Both the position numbers and the translations under genes were made by a program. This document shows positions 9,620 to 17,659 of a stretch of 49,635 nucleotides of DNA, in pieces (position 1 is the first letter of the stretch; each line of letters starts with the position of its first letter). The DNA is from an uncultured Candidatus Saccharibacteria bacterium (GTDB lineage Bacteria > Patescibacteriota > Minisyncoccia > Minisyncoccales > CAYVNG01). The stretch is taken from contig CAYVNG010000003.1 in the NCBI GenBank assembly GCA_964452875.1, positions 1 through 49,635 on the forward strand. The letters are read 5' to 3'. Under the pieces are notes generated by a model. It saw nothing but the letters and a program-made list of their open reading frames with translations, was not told the DNA's origin and did no database searches.

Positions 9620-10990
9620 ATGCCAAAATATTCCATCTTCACTTTCGGCTGCGCGATGAACGCGTCCGACTCAGAAAGGATAGAAAGGCATTTTGAAAGA
9701 AACGGCTGGAAAAAATCCCTTGATCCTGATGATTCCGACCTGGTCATCGTGAATATGTGCTCTGTCAGGCAGTCTGCCGTAAACAGGGTGTTCGGGAGGG
9801 CCGGCTATTTTTCAAAGCTGAAAAAGAATAACCCGAAATTGAAGACTCTGCTCACCGGATGCTTCTTGAAGCACGACTTTGAAAACCTAAAGCAAATCTT
9901 TGACATCATCCTGCCTGTAAGCAGGCTGGCTGAATTCAGCCAAGCGGTTAAAAAAGGAAAAAAGCGCCATGTCTTTCTCGGAAGGCCGGTAAAAGAAGGG
10001 ATCGGATACCTCAAAGAAGAAAAAGCGGAAAAAAAGACAACCTCCTTCATCCCCGTTTCTATCGGGTGCGACAGCTTCTGCACCTACTGCGTCGTCCCTT
10101 TTGTCAGGGGGAAAGAAACGTGCCGGCCGGCAAAAGACATAGTCAAAGAAGCCAGAAAATCAATAAGGCAAGGGTCAAAGGAAATCTGGCTTCTGGGAGA
10201 GAATATAAACAGCTACAGGTTTTTGGAGCCTTCAGGCAAAATGATCGATTTTGCTGACCTGCTGAAAATGATAGATGAAATCCCTGGGCGCTTCTGGATA
10301 AGATTCATCAGCTCTCATCCCAAGTACTTCTCAGAAAAGCTCATTGAAACGATAGCCAATTCAAAAAAGGCGACCAAATATCTTAGCCTGCCCGTGCAGT
10401 CAGGAGACGAAGAAATTCTCAAGAGGATGAACAGGGGCTATACTTTAAAAGAATATGAAAAGACGATTGAAAAAATATCAAAAAAGATCCCTGGATGCTT
10501 CCTTTCGACCGACGCCATAGTCGGATTCCCCGGAGAAACGAGAAAACAGTTCCTGAACACGGCAAAGCTCTTCAAAAAAACTAAGTTCGACATGGCTTAC
10601 ATTTCCCAGTATTCGCCCAGGAGAGGAACATTAGCTTTCAGAATGAAAGACACGGTCTCCGATAAAGAAAAGGAAAAAAGGGAGAAAGAGCTCAATGAAA
10701 TTCTTAAAAAAACGGCTTTTGAGAAAAACAAGGGATTTATAGGAAAAACAGTGGAAGTTCTGCCTCAAAACTTCAGAAATGGAATTCTGACCGGAAAAAC
10801 GAAAGAGTACAAAACGATAAAAATCGAAGGGCCAGCTTCTTTAATAGGAAAATTCGTAAAAGCGGAGGTTATAGGATGCCTGGCCTGGGGTTTGAAAGGG
10901 AAAATAAAAAAAGGGGCGCGAAGCCCCTATGGGAACATGGAAGAGGGAAAAGATTCTCCTTTCTCACTGCAAGGATCGGAGAATATCTGA
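9620..10990 (+). CDS. miaB: tRNA methylthiotransferase, MiaB family (radical SAM)
   Basis: It has the MTTase N-domain (FGCAMNASDSE), the radical-SAM CxxxCxxC motif (GCDSFCTYCVVP) and a TRAM-like end (...VKAEVIGCLAWGLKGKI). The last ~29 codons run through an antisense terminator, so the real C-terminus is uncertain. Confidence 0.85.
   Translation: MPKYSIFTFGCAMNASDSERIERHFERNGWKKSLDPDDSDLVIVNMCSVRQSAVNRVFGRAGYFSKLKKNNPKLKTLLTGCFLKHDFENLKQIFDIILPVSRLAEFSQAVKKGKKRHVFLGRPVKEGIGYLKEEKAEKKTTSFIPVSIGCDSFCTYCVVPFVRGKETCRPAKDIVKEARKSIRQGSKEIWLLGENINSYRFLEPSGKMIDFADLLKMIDEIPGRFWIRFISSHPKYFSEKLIETIANSKKATKYLSLPVQSGDEEILKRMNRGYTLKEYEKTIEKISKKIPGCFLSTDAIVGFPGETRKQFLNTAKLFKKTKFDMAYISQYSPRRGTLAFRMKDTVSDKEKEKREKELNEILKKTAFEKNKGFIGKTVEVLPQNFRNGILTGKTKEYKTIKIEGPASLIGKFVKAEVIGCLAWGLKGKIKKGARSPYGNMEEGKDSPFSLQGSENI
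10901..10928 (-). terminator. intrinsic terminator of the minus-strand orphan unit
   Basis: Minus strand reads TAG-overlapping AGGGGC-ttcgc-GCCCCT followed by TTTTTTTATTTT. Confidence 0.65.
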
Positions 10991-11304
10991 GTGGCATGGC
11001 TTTCGCCCATCAGCCTGGATACGTCCTGAGATATCTTGAAGAGCTGCTGAGGACTGAGACCTTTCACTCCTGCAACCGGGAGCCGATCCCTGGATATCCG
11101 GAGAAGACCGCACAATCCGAATTTGATGAGAACCACCTGGCAGGCGTTCTGATCGAATTCCGCTCTTTGCCCGTTGCTGGAAACGATGCACCATTCCCTT
11201 CTGGATCTGTCCCATGTCGCATAATGATCGACTATAGGACAATTCTTCTTCGCCCCTTCTTTGCACTGGCATGCATACTTCACTTTGAATTCCGGTCTGG
11301 CCAA
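10927..11304 (-). CDS. orphan Cys/Arg-rich hypothetical protein (TTG start), or a non-coding transcript
   Basis: 125 codons. GAGGAGG sits about 10 nt upstream of the TTG, a TTGACA-17-AATTAT promoter lies at 11345-11373, and a canonical terminator abuts the stop. Three of the six frames are open here and the composition is atypical, so coding status is unproven. Confidence 0.35.
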   Translation of the reverse strand: MARPEFKVKYACQCKEGAKKNCPIVDHYATWDRSRREWCIVSSNGQRAEFDQNACQVVLIKFGLCGLLRISRDRLPVAGVKGLSPQQLFKISQDVSRLMGESHATQIFSDPCSEKGESFPSSMFP

Positions 11305-11366
11305 TTTCTCTTTTCCTCCTCGTTATGATAATGTACCGATTAATATAATTACACGTTAATAAGAGA

Positions 11367-12263
11367 ATGTCAATGGGGAAAACAAAACTCATCACAATAA
11401 TCGGTCCCACTTCGGCTGGAAAAAGCTCGCTGGCGGTCTTTCTGGCCGGGAAGTTCAAAGGAGAAATAGTTTCGGCCGATTCCAGGCAGATCTACAAAGG
11501 GATGGATATAGGGACAGGGAAAATAAGAAAAAATGAAATGAGAGGTGTTCCCCATCACCTCTTGGACATAGCTTCGCCGAAAAAAAGATTCACCGTTTTC
11601 CAATACAAGCTGCTTGCGGAAAAAACGATAGAAAAGATAGCTAAAAAAGGAAAGATTCCCTTCCTGGCAGGGGGATCACCGTTTTACGTCTATTCAGTGG
11701 TTGAAGGGTGGAATTTTCCTGAACTCAAACCTGACTGGAAACTGAGGAAAGAGCTTGAAAAAAAAGAGGTTTCAGAGCTGTTTTCCATTTTAAAAAAGCT
11801 TAGCCCCAAAAGGGCAAAGGAAATAGACAGGAAGAACAAAAGAAGGCTGGCAAGGGCGATTGAAATAGCCAAGGCCAAAGGTAAGGTTCCTCCTTTAAAA
11901 TCAGATCCCAAGTTCGACTGCTTGGTTATAGGCATAAAAATTGAGCCAGAACAGCTCAAAAAAAGGATAAAGGCCAGGCTTTTAAAACGGCTGAAGCAGG
12001 GAATGGTTTCTGAGGTCAAAAGCTTGAAGAAAAGCGGACTTTCCTGGAAAAGACTTGAGGAATTCGGGCTTGAATACCGCTGGTTGGGTAGATACCTTCA
12101 AAAAAAGATCTCTTATGGCGAAATGGAAGAAAGGCTTCAAAAAGACATAGAAAAATTCGCCAAAAGGCAGATGACCTGGTTCAAGCGGGACAAAAAAATC
12201 CACTGGATAGAAAACAGAAAAGAAGCCGAAAAAGCGATAGCAGGTTTTTTAAACGGAAAATAA
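11367..12263 (+). CDS. miaA: tRNA dimethylallyltransferase
   Basis: 298 aa, with the P-loop GPTSAGKSSLA and the motif ADSRQIYKGMDIGTGK. Confidence 0.9.
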   Translation: MSMGKTKLITIIGPTSAGKSSLAVFLAGKFKGEIVSADSRQIYKGMDIGTGKIRKNEMRGVPHHLLDIASPKKRFTVFQYKLLAEKTIEKIAKKGKIPFLAGGSPFYVYSVVEGWNFPELKPDWKLRKELEKKEVSELFSILKKLSPKRAKEIDRKNKRRLARAIEIAKAKGKVPPLKSDPKFDCLVIGIKIEPEQLKKRIKARLLKRLKQGMVSEVKSLKKSGLSWKRLEEFGLEYRWLGRYLQKKISYGEMEERLQKDIEKFAKRQMTWFKRDKKIHWIENRKEAEKAIAGFLNGK

Positions 12264-12297
12264 AAAAGGGGCTCTGCAGAACAATCTGCAAAACCCC
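12262..12297 (-). terminator. intrinsic terminator of the small minus-strand gene; also closes miaA
   Basis: Hairpin ggggctctgcaga-acaa-tctgcaaaacccc. The T-run lies on the minus-strand side (A-run 12262-12267 on the plus strand). Confidence 0.55.
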
Positions 12298-12309
12298 CTG
12301 ATCCTCGCT

Positions 12310-12501
12310 CTACGGTCTTTGCAGAGCGAGGGAGAGATCTCTCGGAGATACTCCCCGAATGACTTCCCCGTCGTCACACCTCACTGTCGAGAGACCACCG
12401 CACACAGCGCGGATGACCCCTCTCTTCTGCTGGCCAGACTCAAGCCTGGTCAATACCGGAACACTGTTCTGAAATATTCTGTCTATCTCTGTATATTCCA
12501 T
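12310..12501 (-). CDS. small hypothetical protein (63 aa)
   Basis: Start trimmed to MEYTEIDRIFQ..., with GGAG 8 nt upstream. It has its own near-consensus promoter and a terminator. No family was recognised. Confidence 0.45.
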   Translation of the reverse strand: MEYTEIDRIFQNSVPVLTRLESGQQKRGVIRAVCGGLSTVRCDDGEVIRGVSPRDLSLALQRP

Positions 12502-12543
12502 CCTTTTTTCTCCTCTCGTCGAAATTCGCTGGGTACTGATATA

Positions 12544-12572
12544 ATAATACCACAATATTATTGTTTTGTCAA
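12544..12572 (-). promoter_or_regulatory. promoter TTGACA-17-TGgTATTAT
   Basis: Minus-strand -35 at 12567-12572 and extended -10 at 12544-12552. Confidence 0.5.
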
Positions 12573-12593
12573 ATAAAAAACGGCTCAAAGCCG
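12571..12593 (-). terminator. terminator after tRNA-Gly
   Basis: Minus strand reads CGGCT-ttg-AGCCG followed by TTTTTTATTT. Confidence 0.5.
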
Positions 12594-12603
12594 CGATATT
12601 TTG

Positions 12604-12675
12604 AGCGGGAGACGGGGATCGAACCCGCGGTCTTCTCCTTGGGAAGGAGACGTGTTACCACTGCACCACTCCCGC
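12604..12675 (-). tRNA. tRNA-Gly (anticodon CCC), no encoded CCA
   Basis: Cloverleaf folded by hand: acceptor GCGGGAG/CTCCCGC, anticodon arm TCTCC-TTCCCAA-GGAGA, T arm GCGGG-TTCGATC-CCCGT, discriminator U. Total length 72 nt. Confidence 0.9.
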
Positions 12676-12679
12676 AATA

Positions 12680-13072
12680 TCACCAGAACTTGAGCTTTTC
12701 CAGAATCCTGTCCATCAACCCCCTGCTTTCTTCCTGTTCATCAGCCTTGTTGACTTCCTGAGCGACGAAAGCGACCACCTCCTCCCCTTCGGCTTTCAAA
12801 TTGAGCCTTTCCCTGGCTATCTCTTCCAAATATTCCTCGCTTTCCTGAAAAGAGACTCCTGCTTCCAGATCCCTCTTTCTTTGTTCTAGATCCCGGACCT
12901 GCTCTTTGAGAGCCTGGAGCTGCTCTGTCAGTCTCGCTCTCTTTTGGCTGATCTTGATATTGGAATAAACCAGAAATCCTATCGCCCCAATGGTCAAAAC
13001 GCCTATAAGAGTCATAGAAAAGAGGGATTGGACTATGCTTTTCTTTTTTCTTTTTCCAAAATCTGCTACCAT
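12680..13072 (-). CDS. septum formation initiator (FtsB/DivIC-like)
   Basis: 130 aa, with a single N-terminal TM followed by a leucine-zipper-like coiled coil (LTEQLQALKEQVRDLEQRKRDLE). Confidence 0.65.
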   Translation of the reverse strand: MVADFGKRKKKSIVQSLFSMTLIGVLTIGAIGFLVYSNIKISQKRARLTEQLQALKEQVRDLEQRKRDLEAGVSFQESEEYLEEIARERLNLKAEGEEVVAFVAQEVNKADEQEESRGLMDRILEKLKFW

Positions 13073-13086
13073 AGAATTGATCGCTT

Positions 13087-13182
13087 ATGAAAAAACAAAA
13101 AGTCTTGAAATTAATATGGGTCGTCCTGATCTCCCTGGTCATCCTGAGCATGCTGGGATTCCTGCTGGCCCCCTTGTTCTAG
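13087..13182 (+). CDS. possible 31-aa hydrophobic peptide
   Basis: The ORF reads MKKQKVLKLIWVVLISLVILSMLGFLLAPLF: a basic N-terminus plus one TM helix. It lies on the opposite strand in the lepA-ftsB spacer. No SD or promoter was seen. Confidence 0.2.
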   Translation: MKKQKVLKLIWVVLISLVILSMLGFLLAPLF

Positions 13183-13235
13183 AAACAAAGCTTCTTTAAA
13201 GAAGATAGCATTTCCAGGGGCTTTTTTCAAGCCCG

Positions 13236-15044
13236 TCATCCCATTATTTTAATGTAAGTCTCAGGGGGAATGTTTATCTTCCCCTTTTCTTTCAGCTCTT
13301 TTTTCCCTTTCTTCTGCTTTTCCAGCAGTTTCCTCTTCCTCGTGTAATCCCCTCCGTAAAGCGGGGCGATGACGTCCTTTCTCCTGGCCCTTATGGTCTC
13401 CCTGGCGACTACTTTCCCGCCGACAACCGCCTGCAAAGGCACGGAGAAAAGCTGAGGAGGAAGAGCCTCTTTCAACTTCTCAACCATGTTCCTTCCTTCT
13501 TTCATGGATTCTCTGGCGGGAACAATCTTCGAAAAAGCCTCTTCTTTCTTTCCTAAAACCAGGACATCCAGCCTGACCAGCTCAACCTTCTGCCATTCGG
13601 ATTCGTCCCCCTCTATGGTTTCATAGTTCATGGAAGCAAAGCCCTTGGAGACGCTCTTTAACTTGTCGTAAAAGTTCTTGGTTATTATCTCCCTCAAAGG
13701 GGTCCTGCAGGAAAGCTCAGCTTTTTCAGTCCCGACATAGTCGGTCTTTAAATCATAAACTTCAATTCCCCCTATCGCCTCCATGACGCTTCCGAGAAAG
13801 GTTACTGGTGTCAGCACTTTCAGGATGGCAAACCTTTCTAAAGTCTCCTTTATCTGCCCTGGCTCCTCCGGCCAGTCAGCAGGAGTGTGGACCAGGAGCT
13901 CCTTTCCATTGTGAGTCATGACCTTATAGAGAACGGACGGGGAAGACAGGACCAAGGCGAGCCTGAATTCCCTTCTTATCCTTTCAGTGATGATTTCTGC
14001 GTGCAAAAGGCCCAGGAACCCGCACTGGAATCCCCTTCCCAGCCCCTCCCTCGTTTCAGGAGCGAAAGTCAGGGAAGCGTCGTTCAAGCTCAGCTGGTTC
14101 AAAGCGTCCTTCAACAAATCGAACTTGCTTGAATCCTGAGGATATATGCTTATGAAAACCATGGGCTGGGGCTCCTTGTATCCGGGCAAAGGGGTTATAT
14201 CCTCCGATTCTGAGGCAGTGACAGTGTCTCCCACCCTTACTGCTCCTCCTTTTTTAATGCCGGTGGCCACGTATCCTATCTCCCCTGCTTCCAAAAAATC
14301 GACCGGGGTGAAAAACGGCTTGAAAACCCCGACTTCCTTGGCCTCCCCTTTGATCTTCCCTTTCATCAGAAAAATGCTCTGGCCTTTGGTTATTTTTCCG
14401 TCGATCACCCTGATGAAAGCCACCACTCCTTTGTAAGAGTCGTACTTTGAATCGAAGATTAAAGCCCTCAAGGGCTTCTCAGCCCTGCCTTCCGTATCAG
14501 GAGGAGGGACGTTTTTAATGACCTTTTCCAAGATCTTTTCGACATTAGTCCCTTCCTTGCCGGAAATCCTGAGAATGTCGGTTGCAGGAATATTGAGAAG
14601 GTTTGATATCTCCTTTTCCGTCTCTTCTATCTTGGCCTGAGCCAGGTCGATTTTGTTGACCGCCGGTATTATCTGCAGATTGAGCGCTCTAGCCGATTCA
14701 AGGTTCTTGACCGTCTGAGCCTGTATTCCCTTGGTGGCGTCAACGAGCAGAATCGCGCCCTCGACCGCGGCCAAAGACCTGGAAACCTCGTAGCTGAAGT
14801 CCACGTGCCCGGGAGTGTCGATAAGATTCAGAACGTATTCTTTGCCGTCAAATCTGTAGTTCATCCTGCAAGGCTGCATCTTTATCGTAATCCCCCTCTC
14901 CCTTTCTAGCTCCATCATGTCTAAATACTGGGGCTGCATCTTATCTTTGGAAACGGTTCCGGTCAGCTCCAAAAAGCGGTCAGCCAGAGTTGATTTTCCG
15001 TGATCAATATGAGAGATTATGACGAAATTCCTTACGTTATTCAT
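13236..15044 (-). CDS. lepA: elongation factor 4
   Basis: 602 aa, with GTPase motifs (SHIDHGKSTLADR, DTPGHVDF, NKID) and a LepA-type C-terminus. Confidence 0.95.
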   Translation of the reverse strand: MNNVRNFVIISHIDHGKSTLADRFLELTGTVSKDKMQPQYLDMMELERERGITIKMQPCRMNYRFDGKEYVLNLIDTPGHVDFSYEVSRSLAAVEGAILLVDATKGIQAQTVKNLESARALNLQIIPAVNKIDLAQAKIEETEKEISNLLNIPATDILRISGKEGTNVEKILEKVIKNVPPPDTEGRAEKPLRALIFDSKYDSYKGVVAFIRVIDGKITKGQSIFLMKGKIKGEAKEVGVFKPFFTPVDFLEAGEIGYVATGIKKGGAVRVGDTVTASESEDITPLPGYKEPQPMVFISIYPQDSSKFDLLKDALNQLSLNDASLTFAPETREGLGRGFQCGFLGLLHAEIITERIRREFRLALVLSSPSVLYKVMTHNGKELLVHTPADWPEEPGQIKETLERFAILKVLTPVTFLGSVMEAIGGIEVYDLKTDYVGTEKAELSCRTPLREIITKNFYDKLKSVSKGFASMNYETIEGDESEWQKVELVRLDVLVLGKKEEAFSKIVPARESMKEGRNMVEKLKEALPPQLFSVPLQAVVGGKVVARETIRARRKDVIAPLYGGDYTRKRKLLEKQKKGKKELKEKGKINIPPETYIKIMG

Positions 15045-15045
15045 A

Positions 15046-16692
15046 TCAGTTCATGTCCCGCTTGAATTCCTTGACAACGGCTCCCTTTATCAGCTCCAGT
15101 TCAGGGAATTTCAAAATCCTGGCTGCCAAAAAATAGGCAAGCAGGCCGACCAGGGCCGCAAATGCAGTCTGGGCCAGCACCCCGAAAAAAGTCTGCATAT
15201 CAACGAAGCTGGCAGCGACCCTCAGGGAGAAATAAATTGAAACTGCCATTAAAAGAGAGGCGAAAAAAGCCCTGTTGAATGATTTTAGTATCCCCCTCAT
15301 ATGTACGTCCTTGAGCTTTCTTTTCAAAAAGGCAAGCAGAGCCAGGAACTGGAATATGCCGGAAATGGAAAGAGCCAAAGGCAGCCCGACAACGGCAACG
15401 TTATTAATGTCCTTGATCTTCAATATCGATCTTACGCTTTCCTGGAAAACTCCGGGCTCCTGCAACAAACTGACGAACAGAAAGCTCAAAGCTATGTTGA
15501 TGATCACGGTCGCAACCCCTATTAATACCGGCGTCCTGGTGTCCTGGAAGGAATAGAAAGTCCTGGCCAAAAGAGGGACCAGGGAGGCAGCCAGGATCCC
15601 CAGGCTGAACAATCCCAAGGAGGCGGCCGTGAGCCTGGTATCCTGCCATCCGAATTCACCTGTTCCCAAAACGAGACGCACAATCTGGGCCCTCAAAAGA
15701 AAAATAAGGAATGAAACAGGGACCACCAGGAAAATTAGCTGGGAAAAGCTCGAAAAAAAATTGTCCAAGAACACTTTTCCGTCCCCTTCGGCCCAGTTCC
15801 GCGAAAGAACCGGAAAGGAAGCCACGGCGAAAGAAATCCCGAACAGCCCGACCGGGAGATATTGAAGATTGTTGGAAAAGTTGAATATGGCTATGCTTCC
15901 CGCCACCAATGTCGAGGCTATGGCAGTGACCACTATGAGGTTCAGATGGTAGGCTGCCGTCCCCACGGTCCTAGGGAGCATGAGTTTGAAAATCTTGCGG
16001 CATCCTGGATGTTTGAATCCGAAAACGGCCGAGTGTTTGAAGCCGGAATTCCTGGCGACAGGAACCTGGATCAGCCAATGGAAAACGGCTCCGATGACCA
16101 CTCCGAAAGCCAGGCCTTTCAGACCGAAAAAAGGGACGAAAAAGACTATCCCCAGGATAATGCCCAGATTGTAAAAGACAGGGGCCAGAGAATAGGCGAA
16201 GAAGCGGTTGAAATAATGCAAAACGCCGGAGAAAACCGAAGAAAGCCCGAAAAATATCGGGCTCAAGAACATTATCCTGGTAAGATCGACGGTCGCTTCT
16301 TTCTGTGCTGCTGAAAACCCCGGGGCTATGATCCCGACTATGTCCGGCGCAAAAAATGCCAGAATGCCGCAGATCACGACCAGCAAAATAAGAAAGGAAT
16401 TCAAAACTCCGCTCGCCAGCTTCCATCCTTCGTTTTCATCTTTCCTGAAATATTCGGAAAAGACAGGCAGAAACACGGTGGCCACTCCTCCTAAAATAAG
16501 AATGCCGTAAACCAGGTCCGGAACCCTGAAAGCGGTGAAATACACGTCCAAGTCCTCCCCTGCCCCGAATTTTCCGGCCAGCAGCCTGTCCCGGACCAAA
16601 GCCAGAAGCTTGCTGGCTATTCCGGAAAAAAGCATCAAAGAAGCGCCAATCGTTATGGATTTCGTCTGGGAATTGAAGATTCTTTTTATCAT
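15046..16692 (-). CDS. murJ: lipid II flippase MurJ/MviN
   Basis: 548 aa polytopic membrane protein. The N-terminal signature is SKLLALVRDRLLAGKFGAG. Confidence 0.88.
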   Translation of the reverse strand: MIKRIFNSQTKSITIGASLMLFSGIASKLLALVRDRLLAGKFGAGEDLDVYFTAFRVPDLVYGILILGGVATVFLPVFSEYFRKDENEGWKLASGVLNSFLILLVVICGILAFFAPDIVGIIAPGFSAAQKEATVDLTRIMFLSPIFFGLSSVFSGVLHYFNRFFAYSLAPVFYNLGIILGIVFFVPFFGLKGLAFGVVIGAVFHWLIQVPVARNSGFKHSAVFGFKHPGCRKIFKLMLPRTVGTAAYHLNLIVVTAIASTLVAGSIAIFNFSNNLQYLPVGLFGISFAVASFPVLSRNWAEGDGKVFLDNFFSSFSQLIFLVVPVSFLIFLLRAQIVRLVLGTGEFGWQDTRLTAASLGLFSLGILAASLVPLLARTFYSFQDTRTPVLIGVATVIINIALSFLFVSLLQEPGVFQESVRSILKIKDINNVAVVGLPLALSISGIFQFLALLAFLKRKLKDVHMRGILKSFNRAFFASLLMAVSIYFSLRVAASFVDMQTFFGVLAQTAFAALVGLLAYFLAARILKFPELELIKGAVVKEFKRDMN

Positions 16693-16745
16693 ACGTGCCT
16701 TTATTCTATCTCAAATTGCGTTCTATTAAAAGACCTTGAAACGGC

Positions 16746-16774
16746 AAAAAACCGCGCCAAAGCGCGGTTTTTTG
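16746..16774 (-). terminator. terminator after RNase P RNA (symmetric A-run/T-run)
   Basis: Sequence aaaaaaccgcgc-caaa-gcgcggtttttt. Confidence 0.7.
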
Positions 16775-16775
16775 T

Positions 16776-17170
16776 TCATCCAGACAAGCTGTAAGCCGAA
16801 TTCTGTATCCGCCTTGAGGCGGACGGCAATCATCTATCTGGCTCTGACATTGCTGTCAGAATCGAGCGAACTACTTTACCCAAATGCTCCAGTCGAATTC
16901 CGGGGCTCCGGGTTTGTTCTTGCACCCAATAAGGATTTAGCCGTTTCATTCCGGCGTTCTCTCGCCCTTTATTTGCCGGACTGAGCCTGCATATCTGACG
17001 GGCGCAGGCTTCTTTTCTTTTTCAAGAAAAGCGTCACTGTTCGCACCTCTGCCGCCGTTACGGCGGCGATGGGGGTTACCCATTACTTTTTTACCGGGCA
17101 TTCGCCCGGAGGTGTTCGGACTTTCCTCTGGACCCTTCAAGGACCCAGCGATTGCCCGCTTGTCTGGACT
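16776..17170 (-). ncRNA. rnpB: RNase P RNA
   Basis: The minus strand carries the universally conserved P4 strands GAGGAAAGUCCGAAC (near 17113-17127) and ACAGAAUUCGGCUUACAG (near 16790-16807). P1 pairs CCAGACAAGC with GCUUGUCUGG. It has its own promoter and terminator. Confidence 0.87.
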
Positions 17171-17175
17171 TTTTA

Positions 17176-17204
17176 ATCATATCCTGAAGAAAGGCCTTTG
17201 TCAA
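17176..17204 (-). promoter_or_regulatory. promoter TTGACA-17-TATGAT for rnpB
   Basis: The -35 at 17199-17204 overlaps the rnhA stop codon. The -10 is at 17176-17181. The predicted TSS at about 17169 coincides with the 5' strand of P1. Confidence 0.55.
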
Positions 17205-17656
17205 ATCAAGCTTTGATTGCCTTCCTTTTCATCAAGGGCCTGGTTGGCCAGCAAGTCAGCTTCTTTGTTTTCCGCTCTGGGGACTGAAAGGAAAGATATG
17301 TCTGAAAACTCAATCTTCAAGTTCCACAGCTTCAGGAACAAGCCGGATATGTTCTCATTCTCTATTTTGTAAAGGCCGTTCATTTGCTTTACAAGGAGCT
17401 CGGAGTCAGAGTTTATTTCCACTTCTGAGTCCTTGAGGGCCCTCTTCCCGAAAAGCTGTTTTATTTTCTTCAAGGCGAAAATGGCCGCCTGGTATTCAGC
17501 TTCGTTGTTGGTGATATCGCTTCCCAGATATTCGGAATATTCTTTTTTTCCTCCTCCGCTTTTGATGACCACTCCTATGGCGGCCTCCCCTGGGTTCCCC
17601 CTGGATCCCCCGTCCGTAAAAGCAGATATTTTTAAAGATTTTTTTTCTTTTGTCAT
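17201..17656 (-). CDS. rnhA: ribonuclease HI family protein
   Basis: 151 aa. DEDD-type residues sit in FTDGGSRGNPG, NNEAEYQA, SDSELLV and KEADLLAN. Confidence 0.82.
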   Translation of the reverse strand: MTKEKKSLKISAFTDGGSRGNPGEAAIGVVIKSGGGKKEYSEYLGSDITNNEAEYQAAIFALKKIKQLFGKRALKDSEVEINSDSELLVKQMNGLYKIENENISGLFLKLWNLKIEFSDISFLSVPRAENKEADLLANQALDEKEGNQSLI

Positions 17657-17659
17657 AAT

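Noticed and set aside
10990-11330. tmRNA or another known large RNA in the miaB-miaA spacer
   Set aside because: There is no tRNA-like T-arm (GGTTCGAATCC), ACCA end or tag-peptide-like frame. I recognised no RNase P, 6S or SRP motifs. It is kept only as an unassigned transcription unit.
16736-17140. ORFs 16736..16984 (+) and 16946..17140 (-)
   Set aside because: Both lie within the RNase P RNA gene. The conserved P4 motifs explain the sequence.
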